Position numbers and translations under genes: made by a program. From contig JAYGCN010000113.1 in the NCBI GenBank assembly GCA_046583315.1, forward strand, positions 1 to 47,851: a stretch of 47,851 nucleotides of DNA. Direction: 5' to 3'. Positions 9,893 through 19,701 of the stretch are shown one piece after another. The notes under the pieces were generated by a model. That model made no database searches and was not told the DNA's origin. It saw only the letters and a list, made by a program, of their open reading frames with translations. The DNA comes from Candidatus Hydrogenedentota bacterium (GTDB taxonomy: Bacteria > Hydrogenedentota > Hydrogenedentia > Hydrogenedentales > GCA-2746185). Each line of letters opens with the position of its first letter. Position 1 is the stretch's first letter.

Positions 9893-11266
9893 ATGAAAAA
9901 ACTTTGGGGCGGACGATTTGAACAGAAGACTGACGCGCTGGTTGAGGCCTTGGGCGAATCAGTGTCCTTCGATGCGCGTTTGGCTCCGTGGGACATTCGG
10001 GGCAGCATCGCCCATGCCCGGATGCTGGGTGAAAAAGGGATCATTTCCAAAGCCGACGTAAAAAAGATTATTTCCGGCCTCAAAAGAATCGGCAAGGATA
10101 TCGAATCGGGCACTTTCGAGTTCGATACAGTCCTCGAAGACGTACACATGAATATCGAAGCGGCGTTGACCGAGCGGATTGGTGATGCCGGGAAACGCTT
10201 GCACACGGGACGTAGCCGGAATGACCAGATTGCCACCGACGTGCGGATGTGGACGCGCGACCAAATTGATATTGTCGTTGAATTATTGAACGGCCTGCAA
10301 TTGGCTCTCGTGAAATTCGCCGAAAAACACGTTGAGGTCATCCTTCCAGGTTGCACCCATCTCCAGCACGCCCAACCGGTCCTGCTGGCGCACCAGATGC
10401 TCGCGTATGTCGAGATGTTTTCCCGGGATGCCGAGCGCTTCGGCGAATTGCGCAAGCGCGTAAACGTAATGCCTCTGGGTTCGGCGGCCATGGCGGGCAC
10501 AACCTACCCAATTGATCGCAAGATGGTCGCGAAAGAACTGGATTTCGACACTATCTCAACGAACAGCATGGACGCGGTATCGGATCGTGACTATCTGATC
10601 GAATTCTGTTCGAATGCCTCGATAACGATGATGCATCTGTCGCGTTTCTCGGAAGAACTGATTCTCTGGTCCACGCAGGAATACAACTACATCGTAATCG
10701 GCGATGCTTTCACAACAGGCTCCAGCATTATGCCGCAGAAGAAAAATCCCGATGTCGCAGAGTTGGTACGCGGGAAAGTCGGGCGTGTCTACGGTGACCT
10801 CACGGCGTTGCTGACGCTGATGAAGGGCCTACCCATGACCTACAATCGCGATCTGCAGGAAGACAAGGAACCGGTGTTCGATGCCTCGGACACTGTGCAG
10901 CTCTGTCTCGCAGTCGTCGCGAAAATGATTCCGGCCATTCATGTAAATGAAGACGCCATGCTGGACGCAACCCAGGAAGGTTTTCTGGAGGCGACCGATC
11001 TGGCGGACTATCTGGTTACGCAAGGCATGCCGTTTCGCGAGGCGCATGAAGTGATCGGGAACATGGTATTGCAGTGTACGAAATCAGGGAAACGTTTCGC
11101 CGATTTATCCGTCGCTGAGTTTCAGATCTACTCGACCCTGTTTGGAAACGATATCAAGAAGGTCCTCTCCCCCAAAGCCATCGTATCGGCACGCAAGACT
11201 TCGGGCGGCACGGCACCGGGTCAGGTTAAGGCGGCCCTTCGTCGAGCGCAAAAACGTCTGAGTTGA
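9893..11266 (+). CDS. argH: Argininosuccinate lyase
   Basis: LWGGRF, LHTGRSRNDQ, GSSIMPQKKNPD and YNRDLQEDKE motifs. Confidence 0.98.
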   Translation: MKKLWGGRFEQKTDALVEALGESVSFDARLAPWDIRGSIAHARMLGEKGIISKADVKKIISGLKRIGKDIESGTFEFDTVLEDVHMNIEAALTERIGDAGKRLHTGRSRNDQIATDVRMWTRDQIDIVVELLNGLQLALVKFAEKHVEVILPGCTHLQHAQPVLLAHQMLAYVEMFSRDAERFGELRKRVNVMPLGSAAMAGTTYPIDRKMVAKELDFDTISTNSMDAVSDRDYLIEFCSNASITMMHLSRFSEELILWSTQEYNYIVIGDAFTTGSSIMPQKKNPDVAELVRGKVGRVYGDLTALLTLMKGLPMTYNRDLQEDKEPVFDASDTVQLCLAVVAKMIPAIHVNEDAMLDATQEGFLEATDLADYLVTQGMPFREAHEVIGNMVLQCTKSGKRFADLSVAEFQIYSTLFGNDIKKVLSPKAIVSARKTSGGTAPGQVKAALRRAQKRLS

Positions 11267-11380
11267 ATTTAGGACACGTATCATTGCGTGTAAGCTATCC
11301 AGTACCCCCCTACTCAATCGTCGAATTGTGTAAAATTGACAATAATGTGGTACGATTCGTGTAAACATACTGAGGGGTGT

Positions 11381-12940
11381 ATGGCTGAAGAACAAAATAC
11401 GATTCTGGTGGTCGATGATGAACCGGTTATTCGGGAGTTGATCACCGATATTCTTACGGACGAAGGCTATTCCGTTGTCACGGCAGTCGGGGGCCACGAT
11501 GCCTTAAATACCCTTAGTGTGCCCAATGATATTGTCCTGCTGTTCACGGACATTATGATGCCCGAAATGGACGGCATCGAGTTAATCCGCGAAGCACGCA
11601 AAGTTGCCCCTTCGCTTATCCCCATCGTGATGACCGGTTACGCCACGTTGGAGACGGCACGCGCCGCGGTAAAAGAAGGTGCCTACGACTACGTACTCAA
11701 GCCCTTCAGCCTGAGCGAAATCAAACTTGCTGTGAGCAATGCGCTGGATCGTTATAAACTCGTGCGCGAAAATGCACGGCTGCGCGACCTCACCGAATTG
11801 TTCAAAATCAGCGAACACATTGCAGCCATTCACAATGAACAAGTGTTGCTCGATTTCGTTCTGGAAGCCAGTCTCGAGCGCGTGAATGCGGCACGTGGTT
11901 CCATTATGATGACCTCGGCTGACGGTACGCGGCTGGAGCTGGCCGCGAGCATAGGCATCTCGATTGACACCATCGATAAGAGCGTGGATATCGATGACAG
12001 TATTTCTGGATGGGTTGCCCAAAACAATCTCCCGCTTTGCGTACAGGATCTTGAAAACAACCCAGATTTCGCTGAATTGAGCAATCGATTACAGGATCAG
12101 TCATTTGTATCGGTGCCGATGGAACGTACCTCCGCTCAGAATCTCGCTGTGGGTGGACCGCTCAACGATTTGCCCACAGAAAATTCCATGCCCAAAGTGC
12201 TCGCTGTACTCAACGTCAATCAAAAGCGCGACGGTCGCCCCTTCACCGACGGTGACTTGAAAGTGTTGAACATTATCGCCAATCAGTCCGCGGTCGCCAT
12301 TGAAAATGTGCGCCTGCTGGATCAGCTGGAATCGGCGCATTTGGCTGCATTGAACTCAATGGCCCGTGCCTTGGAAGCCAAGGACTTGTATACCCACGGT
12401 CACAGCGAACGTGTACGCAATTATGCCGTGATGGCGGCACAACACCTCGGACTCTCGATTGAAGACCAGGAAACGCTTCGCCTGGGTGCCATGCTGCATG
12501 ATGTCGGCAAGATCGGCGTTAGTGACTCGATATTGAACAAAGTAGAAAAACTGACCGACGAAGAATGGGAACAGATTAAGTTGCATCCGGTGATCGGCTA
12601 CGATGTGCTGCAACCGGTGAGTTATCTCACACCTGAACACTTGGCACTGATTCGCTCACACCATGAGCGCCTGGACGGTTCAGGATATCCAGACGGCCTT
12701 TCGGCCGATGAACAAGACATCCGTGTGCGCATTCTCGCCGTTGCGGACACCTACGATGCCATGTCAGGTGATCGCGCATATCGCAAAGGGCTTCCGGCAG
12801 AAAAGATTTTGTCTGAGCTAGAATATTGTTCCGAAGCACACAAACTCGATGCCAATGTGGCGTCCCTGTTTATCAGGCTCATCAAAACCGGGGAAATCTA
12901 TCACTACGCCGACAACGAACCTGTTATCGGGCTACCCTAG
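11381..12940 (+). CDS. Response regulator REC-GAF-HD-GYP (c-di-GMP phosphodiesterase)
   Basis: Intact receiver (VVDDE, TDIMMP, MTG, LKP), central GAF domain, and HSERV, LHDVGK, HHERLDGSGYP. GAGGGG RBS before ATG 11381. Confidence 0.92.
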   Translation: MAEEQNTILVVDDEPVIRELITDILTDEGYSVVTAVGGHDALNTLSVPNDIVLLFTDIMMPEMDGIELIREARKVAPSLIPIVMTGYATLETARAAVKEGAYDYVLKPFSLSEIKLAVSNALDRYKLVRENARLRDLTELFKISEHIAAIHNEQVLLDFVLEASLERVNAARGSIMMTSADGTRLELAASIGISIDTIDKSVDIDDSISGWVAQNNLPLCVQDLENNPDFAELSNRLQDQSFVSVPMERTSAQNLAVGGPLNDLPTENSMPKVLAVLNVNQKRDGRPFTDGDLKVLNIIANQSAVAIENVRLLDQLESAHLAALNSMARALEAKDLYTHGHSERVRNYAVMAAQHLGLSIEDQETLRLGAMLHDVGKIGVSDSILNKVEKLTDEEWEQIKLHPVIGYDVLQPVSYLTPEHLALIRSHHERLDGSGYPDGLSADEQDIRVRILAVADTYDAMSGDRAYRKGLPAEKILSELEYCSEAHKLDANVASLFIRLIKTGEIYHYADNEPVIGLP

Positions 12941-13018
12941 TCTTGCCACGCATCGCTCGGTGCTGTTGCGATACAATGGTGTGAATGAAACAAGACCGGA
13001 TCTCAGGCCCACTCACTT

Positions 13019-15892
13019 ATGAATCTGCGTAGTATCCGAAAACTCTTCTCTCGTTCGCCAGACACACATCGTTCCGTCCTCTTTTGGCATTGGCCCTCCG
13101 CTCCCGACGTAAAAACGGTTGAATCAGAAATCGATACCATCCTCGAAGGGGGCATTGGGGGCGTACTCATTGACTCCCCCCCCTCCTCCCACGCGGCAGA
13201 CTACCTGGATGACGACTGGTTATCCAGCCTCATGGCCGCCACGTCCCGCGCGCGCAAACGACACGATTCGGTGTGGATTTATGACGACCTGAGCTCAACG
13301 CAAAGCCCGGGCAAGACGAAATGGCTCAAGAAACATCCTGAACACGCCGCGTCGTGTTTACAGTTCGGGCACGGCACCTTAGACGATGCGACACGCGAAT
13401 ATTTAGACCGCAATGAACCATTCGCCTTGTTTGTACAGCAGGGCATGGACTACCAATCGATCACGCTTGAAGCACTGGATGGATTGCCAGACTCACGGAC
13501 GAAATTGTTGTTTTTTCATCGCCATCAAAGCAACATTCAGTATCGCTTCCTTCGTGCGGCGTCGATAAATGCGTATCTCGAAGATACGTACGTGCCGATT
13601 CAGGCACAGACAAAACGTTTCTTCGGAAATACACTTGGCGTGATACTCGCCAACAATGCGTCGTTACCCGCGGGTCCGGGAATGATTCCGTGGGACGATG
13701 ACTTGGCTGATCTGTTCGAGCAGGCGCATGGCTACGCGCTGATCCCGGTGCTTCCTCAATTGGCGCGATCGGATGGCGGAAGCACATTAGTTCGTTTTCA
13801 CTTCTGGACGATGATCGAAGCATTGTTCCGCGAGGGGCTCACCTATACGTTTCAGCAATGGGGCGAAGATCACAAAATCCCATCATCTGGCTTCTTTGCC
13901 GGACCGACCTCCCTTCATCGTTCGATATTTGAGACCGGCTCTCGAATGCCGTTGTACGCCAGGCAACCCTTTCCCGCTATCGCGATGAGCGTCGACACCG
14001 AGGAGACTGGTTACGGTGATATCGAAATCAAACAGGCCGTTTCCACGCAACGACAAATTGGAACCCGCGGAGTCATCGGCGTATATGAAACACCTACGGA
14101 ACCATTGAATATTGAAGGATGGCGCCGATTGGCCTATCGACATCTGGCGTTGGGCGTGACGTATCTCACATTAGATGGCTCGTTTGCACGAAGCGGCCCA
14201 GATCAGGCACCGCTTCCCCACTTGATGCCAGGTGAGAGCGGATGGCCCTATGCCAAGGAACATTTTGATCGCCTTGCGCGACTTTCATGGATTCAGAGTC
14301 TCGGCGATTCACAATGCAAGGTGCTCATGCTGCTTCCGAACACTTCAATTCAATGCACGATGACACACGACTCGTTCACAGCCTATAGTTTGAGTGGCCA
14401 CGTATGGACATTTACAAGAGAGTTGCTGCACCATCAGATCGATTTCGATTACGGCGACGAAACACTGCTCGGCCTGCATGCCCACGCGGAACACGACCAA
14501 ATTCGCGTAAAGGATCGGTCCTATTCGGTCGTATTGATGCCTCCTATGACCAATCTGCGCTCAAGTACGTATGCACTGCTGCAGGACTTCACCATAAGCG
14601 GCGGTCGATTGCTTGCGATTGGAACGGTGCCCTATCTGCTGGATGGCAAGCCCAATGAAGAGTTGGCAGCATTCTTCGAGGAGTACGCTGTACGGGTGAT
14701 TCAAGGTGTGGACCTGGATGACTATTCAACGGTGATCGAACAACTCACCGCGTGGGACTGCCGAACGGTTACGGCGACCAAGTCGGATCACTCAACTCCG
14801 ACCGAGCTTTTGGCTACGCGGCGCACAATGGACGATCTTGAATTTATTCACCTGACGCACGTGAACCATGATGCTTCGGATATTGCCCTGGAGATTTCGA
14901 CTTCGATAGACGGACATGTGGAGCTCTGGGACCACGTGTCGGGCACGATGACACCGATCTGCGCATGTTCCCCAGAAGAGTCCTTCCGTGTGCATGACCA
15001 ATGGGAAGCACTTGAGGCGCGGACCTATGTATTTCTGCCGGAACGGTTGCCCGAAGATGAAACGACAGCGCCTGGAGCACTGATTGTCGAACGCGTACTG
15101 GAGCCGGAATGGATGGCGACACGTCTGTACGGTCCTGCGACGGCGTTGACCGAGTGTCGATTCGCAGGGCATCCCTGGGGCACCATCGAAGACGCTCGAC
15201 AAAATCTGGCGGAACGGTTAAACTCGAATCCCGGCGGCGTAATCGGGCATCTGGAATGGCGGATCAGCAATTCCACTCCAGAGGACGGCTTCGACCTAAA
15301 CATCACGTTAATGCCGCCAGCGAATCAGGTTATCACTTTTGCCCAGGAAATACTCAATCAAAAAAACGATTCCGACATCGGATTTCCCGGATTCGTCAGC
15401 TACGGTCTGCCGAAAACGGAATCGATTCAGGGTGTGTTGTGCATCGAAGGACAATGGAAACGCATCGACGAAATTAACGCACCATTGATCACGCCTATCG
15501 CGGCGATCGACGAGACTACCGGGCATCGTGTACCCATATCGGTTCCCATGAAACCATGGCGCGAATCCGGACTTGAAGATTTCGGCCACACGGTCACCTA
15601 CCAAACGGATATTCAAGGCTATGAACGCTTTGACGAGTCCCCCATTTATCTCGAAGTCGCTGGCCTGCATTCACCCGCAGAGCTACGCATCAATGATCGC
15701 ATCATCGATCACATCGTCTGGAACCCCCATCGAGTAGATATTCGATCAGTATGGACGAACGGTCCCTTGCGCATCGACCTGGAAGTAGCGGGATCCTGGA
15801 TGAACGTGTTGCATCCTGATTTAACCCCAATGGAACAAGGCCTTGACGGGCCGCCGCGCATCGTTATTCACGCGCATAGTGCCAGCGTTTAG
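13019..15892 (+). CDS. GH106/alpha-L-rhamnosidase-like large protein, probably degenerate
   Basis: FWHW…GGIGGVLI…YLDDDW…WIYD, FFGNT, IPWDDDL, FDYGDE and YSVVLMPP resemble GH106-type proteins. C-terminal beta-sandwich (WNPHRVDI). Confidence 0.6.
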   Translation: MNLRSIRKLFSRSPDTHRSVLFWHWPSAPDVKTVESEIDTILEGGIGGVLIDSPPSSHAADYLDDDWLSSLMAATSRARKRHDSVWIYDDLSSTQSPGKTKWLKKHPEHAASCLQFGHGTLDDATREYLDRNEPFALFVQQGMDYQSITLEALDGLPDSRTKLLFFHRHQSNIQYRFLRAASINAYLEDTYVPIQAQTKRFFGNTLGVILANNASLPAGPGMIPWDDDLADLFEQAHGYALIPVLPQLARSDGGSTLVRFHFWTMIEALFREGLTYTFQQWGEDHKIPSSGFFAGPTSLHRSIFETGSRMPLYARQPFPAIAMSVDTEETGYGDIEIKQAVSTQRQIGTRGVIGVYETPTEPLNIEGWRRLAYRHLALGVTYLTLDGSFARSGPDQAPLPHLMPGESGWPYAKEHFDRLARLSWIQSLGDSQCKVLMLLPNTSIQCTMTHDSFTAYSLSGHVWTFTRELLHHQIDFDYGDETLLGLHAHAEHDQIRVKDRSYSVVLMPPMTNLRSSTYALLQDFTISGGRLLAIGTVPYLLDGKPNEELAAFFEEYAVRVIQGVDLDDYSTVIEQLTAWDCRTVTATKSDHSTPTELLATRRTMDDLEFIHLTHVNHDASDIALEISTSIDGHVELWDHVSGTMTPICACSPEESFRVHDQWEALEARTYVFLPERLPEDETTAPGALIVERVLEPEWMATRLYGPATALTECRFAGHPWGTIEDARQNLAERLNSNPGGVIGHLEWRISNSTPEDGFDLNITLMPPANQVITFAQEILNQKNDSDIGFPGFVSYGLPKTESIQGVLCIEGQWKRIDEINAPLITPIAAIDETTGHRVPISVPMKPWRESGLEDFGHTVTYQTDIQGYERFDESPIYLEVAGLHSPAELRINDRIIDHIVWNPHRVDIRSVWTNGPLRIDLEVAGSWMNVLHPDLTPMEQGLDGPPRIVIHAHSASV

Positions 15893-16071
15893 TCCACCGC
15901 GTTCTTGATAACCTTGCCTGTTTTCTTGGTCACCATGACGGTGGTTTTCCCGACGACCTTACCCGCTTTAACAACACCTTTACCAGCCGTCGTCACGGTC
16001 GCACAGCCCGGCATCGCCACCACAAAAAAAAGACAGGCTACAACGGCGGCGATAATTCTGGTACATTTCAT
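15889..16071 (-). CDS. Small basic lipoprotein, 60 aa
   Basis: AGGGGGA RBS. MKCTRIIAAVVACLFFVVAMPG-C gives a signal peptide and lipobox, followed by amphipathic GKxVVK repeats. Its stop overlaps the convergent stop of the upstream gene. Confidence 0.75.
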   Translation of the reverse strand: MKCTRIIAAVVACLFFVVAMPGCATVTTAGKGVVKAGKVVGKTTVMVTKKTGKVIKNAVD

Positions 16072-16117
16072 GGTAGTCCCCCTGGCAATGTTGATTGTAT
16101 CGACAGGATTGGATTCA

Positions 16118-17266
16118 TTGCAAGCATCACCCAAAACAGTGGTTATCGCGCCAGACTCGTTCAAGGAGAGCCGTTCCGCCGCACAAGTCGCCTCTGCGAT
16201 TGCACGTGGAATCCATTCGGTCTACCCAGACGTCGCCTGCATCGAACGCCCCATCGCCGATGGAGGTGAAGGAACCGTCGACACGATTCTGTCCTGCATC
16301 CCGGGAGAGCGCGTCTCGCTTACCGTGCACGATGCCCTCATGCGCCCTATCACCGCCGAGTACGGACTCATCGACGATGGCACGACGGCCGTCATCGAAG
16401 TTGCCGCCGCATCCGGGCTTTCTCTCGTGAGCCCAGATGACCGGAATGCTTTGGTAACGACATCATACGGCACGGGCGAATTAATACGCGACGCGCTAGA
16501 CCGCGGTGCCCAACGATGCATTATCGGACTAGGCGGAAGCGCGACAAATGATGCCGGTGCCGGAATTGCATCCGCCCTAGGGATTCGATTGCTCGATGAA
16601 CAGCACGAAGATATTTCACCAGGAGGTCTCGAATTAGTTCGAGTCGCGGCCATCGATAGATCGGAGGCGCATCCGGGACTCGCTAAGACCACGATAGCCC
16701 TCGCCTGTGACGTGAACATTCCGATGCACGGCCCACAAGGTTCCATGTTGAATTACAGCGCACAAAAAGGCGCAACACCAGACCAGGAGGATGCCCTTGA
16801 GAAATCGCTTGTACATTTCGGTGGCCTCCTAAATGAACACGCCGGGTACGCCGTCTCGGAATTGCCGGGAGCAGGAGCCGCCGGCGCAATGGGTGCCGGA
16901 CTGGTCGCGCTGTGTGGCGGATCACTCAAACCGGGCTTTGAATTGTTGTCCAATCTTGTCGGATTGGAAGAAGTCGTTGCGGAATGCGACTTGGTCATTA
17001 CGGGCGAAGGCCGCATCGACGCACAGACCGAACACGGCAAGGCTCCGATGGGCGTGGCAAAAATCGCACGCCGTTACGGAAAACCCGTCGTGGCCTTTTG
17101 CGGTACGGTCGCCTATGACATGGCCTTCAAAACTGAATTCTTCAAGGAAGTCATCACCATTGACTCGATCGCCAGCGACCATAATGACGCGATCAAACGA
17201 GCCGATCATTATCTCGCAGAGCTGGCCGAGTCATTTGCGCGTCGTTGGAGTGCGGTGTTAGACTAG
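16118..17266 (+). CDS. glxK: Glycerate kinase (GlxK/GarK family)
   Basis: VVIAPDSFKES, PIADGGEGT, GLGGSATNDAG, ITGEGRID and GKAP motifs. Start is probably TTG 16118 after ACAGGA; ATG 16088 is an alternative. Confidence 0.93.
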   Translation: MQASPKTVVIAPDSFKESRSAAQVASAIARGIHSVYPDVACIERPIADGGEGTVDTILSCIPGERVSLTVHDALMRPITAEYGLIDDGTTAVIEVAAASGLSLVSPDDRNALVTTSYGTGELIRDALDRGAQRCIIGLGGSATNDAGAGIASALGIRLLDEQHEDISPGGLELVRVAAIDRSEAHPGLAKTTIALACDVNIPMHGPQGSMLNYSAQKGATPDQEDALEKSLVHFGGLLNEHAGYAVSELPGAGAAGAMGAGLVALCGGSLKPGFELLSNLVGLEEVVAECDLVITGEGRIDAQTEHGKAPMGVAKIARRYGKPVVAFCGTVAYDMAFKTEFFKEVITIDSIASDHNDAIKRADHYLAELAESFARRWSAVLD

Positions 17267-17271
17267 GCCCC

Positions 17272-18141
17272 ATGAGTTCCGAGTTCTATACCAACACCCA
17301 GCAAGGTCAACTACGCAGGGTCATTCCCGATCTCATGAGCAACCGGCAACTCCTCCTCGATTTGATCTGGAAGGATATCCGCGTCCGATATCGATATGCC
17401 GCGATGGGTTTTTTCTGGGCCATCATCGAACCCCTGCTCATGATGGCCGTGCTCACCTTCGTATTCTCCTTCATGTTTCAAATTCGACTCGAGGGGCTCG
17501 CGGGTGACCTGGGCCCGAAGGGGTCAGCTGTCTTTATTCTAAGCGGCCTCATCGCGTGGCAATTCTTCTCGGTCGGCGTATCAACCGCAACCGATTCACT
17601 AATCGACAACCGCACCTTAATTTCAAAAGTCAATTTTCCACGCGAGATCGTGCCCATCGCAAGCATCGGCGTTGCATTGGTGAATCTTGTCATCGGCGCG
17701 ATGCTTCTTGTCATCATCTATACGATTCTAATCGGACATGTTCCGCCACTGGTGAGTCTGCTGATCCCTTTTTTGTTCCTCATGCAGGCGCTACTCGTCG
17801 TTGGCATCGGATTATTGTGCTCATGCTGGAACGCGCAATTCAGGGATGTCTCCTACATGGTCAACGCGCTGTTGCTTTTCGGATTCTACGCAACGCCGGT
17901 CATCTACAGTTCAAACTTCGTAAAAGAGAGACTCATCGAAAGCGATCTGGAACACCTTTACCCCCTACTGTTCGTCAATCCCATGGCGGGCTACATCGGA
18001 GCCTATCGCGAACTGCTTTTCATGGGACAACTTCCGTCGTTTCAACTCATCGCGTGGCCGATCATCTGTACTGGACTCGTTTTGCTCATCGGGGTCAAAG
18101 TATTTCGCTCCCAGTCCCCCACACTCTCGGATAAACTCTGA
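17272..18141 (+). CDS. wzm: Polysaccharide ABC-2 transporter permease (Wzm/TagG-like)
   Basis: DIRVRYRYAAMGFFWAIIEP, LISKVNFPRE, FRDV, FYATPVIY and NPM motifs, with multiple TM helices. Confidence 0.9.
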   Translation: MSSEFYTNTQQGQLRRVIPDLMSNRQLLLDLIWKDIRVRYRYAAMGFFWAIIEPLLMMAVLTFVFSFMFQIRLEGLAGDLGPKGSAVFILSGLIAWQFFSVGVSTATDSLIDNRTLISKVNFPREIVPIASIGVALVNLVIGAMLLVIIYTILIGHVPPLVSLLIPFLFLMQALLVVGIGLLCSCWNAQFRDVSYMVNALLLFGFYATPVIYSSNFVKERLIESDLEHLYPLLFVNPMAGYIGAYRELLFMGQLPSFQLIAWPIICTGLVLLIGVKVFRSQSPTLSDKL

Positions 18142-19553
18142 TGACACAACCAGTCATCGAAGTCCAGGGAGTTCGCAAAGATTTTCGCGCCCAACGGGGC
18201 GGCCGTGTGTTGCTGGGCAAACGCGGCCTCTCCGACTGGATACGCGGGCAAGGCTCCGAGACCCTCACCGTGTTGAACGAAATCGATTTCGACGTGATGG
18301 CAGGTGAATCTTTCGGCATTATCGGCGCAAACGGATCGGGTAAAAGCACGCTACTCAAAATTATTTCCGGCGTTACCGTTCCGACCGCAGGCACCGTCAA
18401 CGTTCGCGGTCGCGTCGCATCACTGCTGGAGCTGGGCGCAGGTTTCCACCCCATGTTGACCGGTCGAGAGAATATTTACCTGAATGCCGGCATTCTTGGA
18501 ATGTCTCACGAGGAAGTGAACGAGGTATTCGATGATATCGTGAACTTTTCCGGCATCGGCCAGTTTATCGAACAATCAGTGGATACCTATTCCAGCGGCA
18601 TGTTCGTGCGTCTCGGTTTTGCCGTCGCAGCATTCACTAATCCGGATATTTTCCTGATTGATGAGGTTCTTGCCGTGGGTGATGAATCCTTTCAACGTAA
18701 ATGCCGTACACGCATCGGCGAGTTGATCGAACAAAAGAAGACGATCGTGTTCGTGTCCCACGATCTGGAGCTGGTGAACTCGTTGTGTGACAGAGTGCTC
18801 TTGCTCAACAAAGGCCGGATGTTGCTAAAAGACTTCTCCAGCAAGGTTATCGATCACTATCTCACCCAGATCGTCGACGACGAGATTCCTGAAGATACCG
18901 ATCAAGCAACCTATACCGTCGAATCAGGAAAACTACGAGCAACCTTCAACCAGGGCCAGATCCGGCTCTCATACGACGACAATCAGATCACCCACGCGCT
19001 GCAAGTCTACGCGTCGATGCTCGTTCATCGTCTCTGGAGCGACAGCAACAAACTGCGCTGGGATTCTGCCGAACAAGCCGAAGGCGTGTATCGTTTTGTC
19101 GGCGCGTCGCGACGTTTCCCCTATACGCTGACCTGGGAGATGCGCGCACACGACCCGTGCGGTATCGCCATCGAACTGTGGATTGAAACCCACAGCGATC
19201 TTTCGGTACAGGAATTCCACACCTCGGTCTGTCTCTCCACGGAGTACACGCATTGGGAAACCGATCACGAGTCCAAGGATTTCGCGCCCCTGGAACCGAG
19301 TCTGCTGGACTGGGTGCATCTCAACGAGGACTACACGCCCGGCCGCAAACTGGTGGCAACAAGCGAGAGCCTCCCAACGGTGCGCTTCGAATCAACCATG
19401 GACGAGAACGTGATTCGCATGACACCAATCAACACGGATTACTACGAGAACGCGCGGGTGCTGCAGGCGCTTCGAAGCGGTGAGCAAGGCCACGTGCACC
19501 TATCCAAGGGAAAACACCTCTATTTTTCCGGCACGATAACGTTAGAAGCCTAA
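18141..19553 (+). CDS. wzt: Polysaccharide ABC transporter ATPase (Wzt/TagH-like) with ~220-aa C-terminal extension
   Basis: Walker A GANGSGKST, LLELGAGF, YSSGM, DEVLAVGD and VSHD motifs. TGATG overlap with wzm. Confidence 0.92.
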   Translation: MTQPVIEVQGVRKDFRAQRGGRVLLGKRGLSDWIRGQGSETLTVLNEIDFDVMAGESFGIIGANGSGKSTLLKIISGVTVPTAGTVNVRGRVASLLELGAGFHPMLTGRENIYLNAGILGMSHEEVNEVFDDIVNFSGIGQFIEQSVDTYSSGMFVRLGFAVAAFTNPDIFLIDEVLAVGDESFQRKCRTRIGELIEQKKTIVFVSHDLELVNSLCDRVLLLNKGRMLLKDFSSKVIDHYLTQIVDDEIPEDTDQATYTVESGKLRATFNQGQIRLSYDDNQITHALQVYASMLVHRLWSDSNKLRWDSAEQAEGVYRFVGASRRFPYTLTWEMRAHDPCGIAIELWIETHSDLSVQEFHTSVCLSTEYTHWETDHESKDFAPLEPSLLDWVHLNEDYTPGRKLVATSESLPTVRFESTMDENVIRMTPINTDYYENARVLQALRSGEQGHVHLSKGKHLYFSGTITLEA

Positions 19554-19599
19554 AACACGATAATTTCTCATTATTCACTTCCGGAATCGATTGGATTGC

Positions 19600-19629
19600 T
19601 TTACGGATAACACCCAATTTTGCTATTCT
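19600..19629 (+). promoter_or_regulatory. Putative promoter TTTACG-N18-TATTCT with extended -10 TG
   Basis: AT-rich intergenic region upstream of the first radical SAM gene. Confidence 0.4.
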
Positions 19630-19701
19630 TTATCATGTTGTCAAGGCTGTGTCCCCCTGATGGCTCCAAGACCATGTGACACAACGAATTAAGAGGTTGT
19701 T

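Noticed and set aside
15905..16117. N-terminal extension of glycerate kinase in the ORF track
   Set aside because: It is the antisense reading of the small lipoprotein gene; family similarity begins at KTVVIAPDSFK.
19635..19679. 14-codon ORF MLSRLCPPDGSKTM upstream of the radical SAM pair as a RiPP precursor
   Set aside because: No RBS, very short, and no repeated or leader-like motif. It begins at about the predicted TSS, so it cannot be fully excluded, but nothing supports it.
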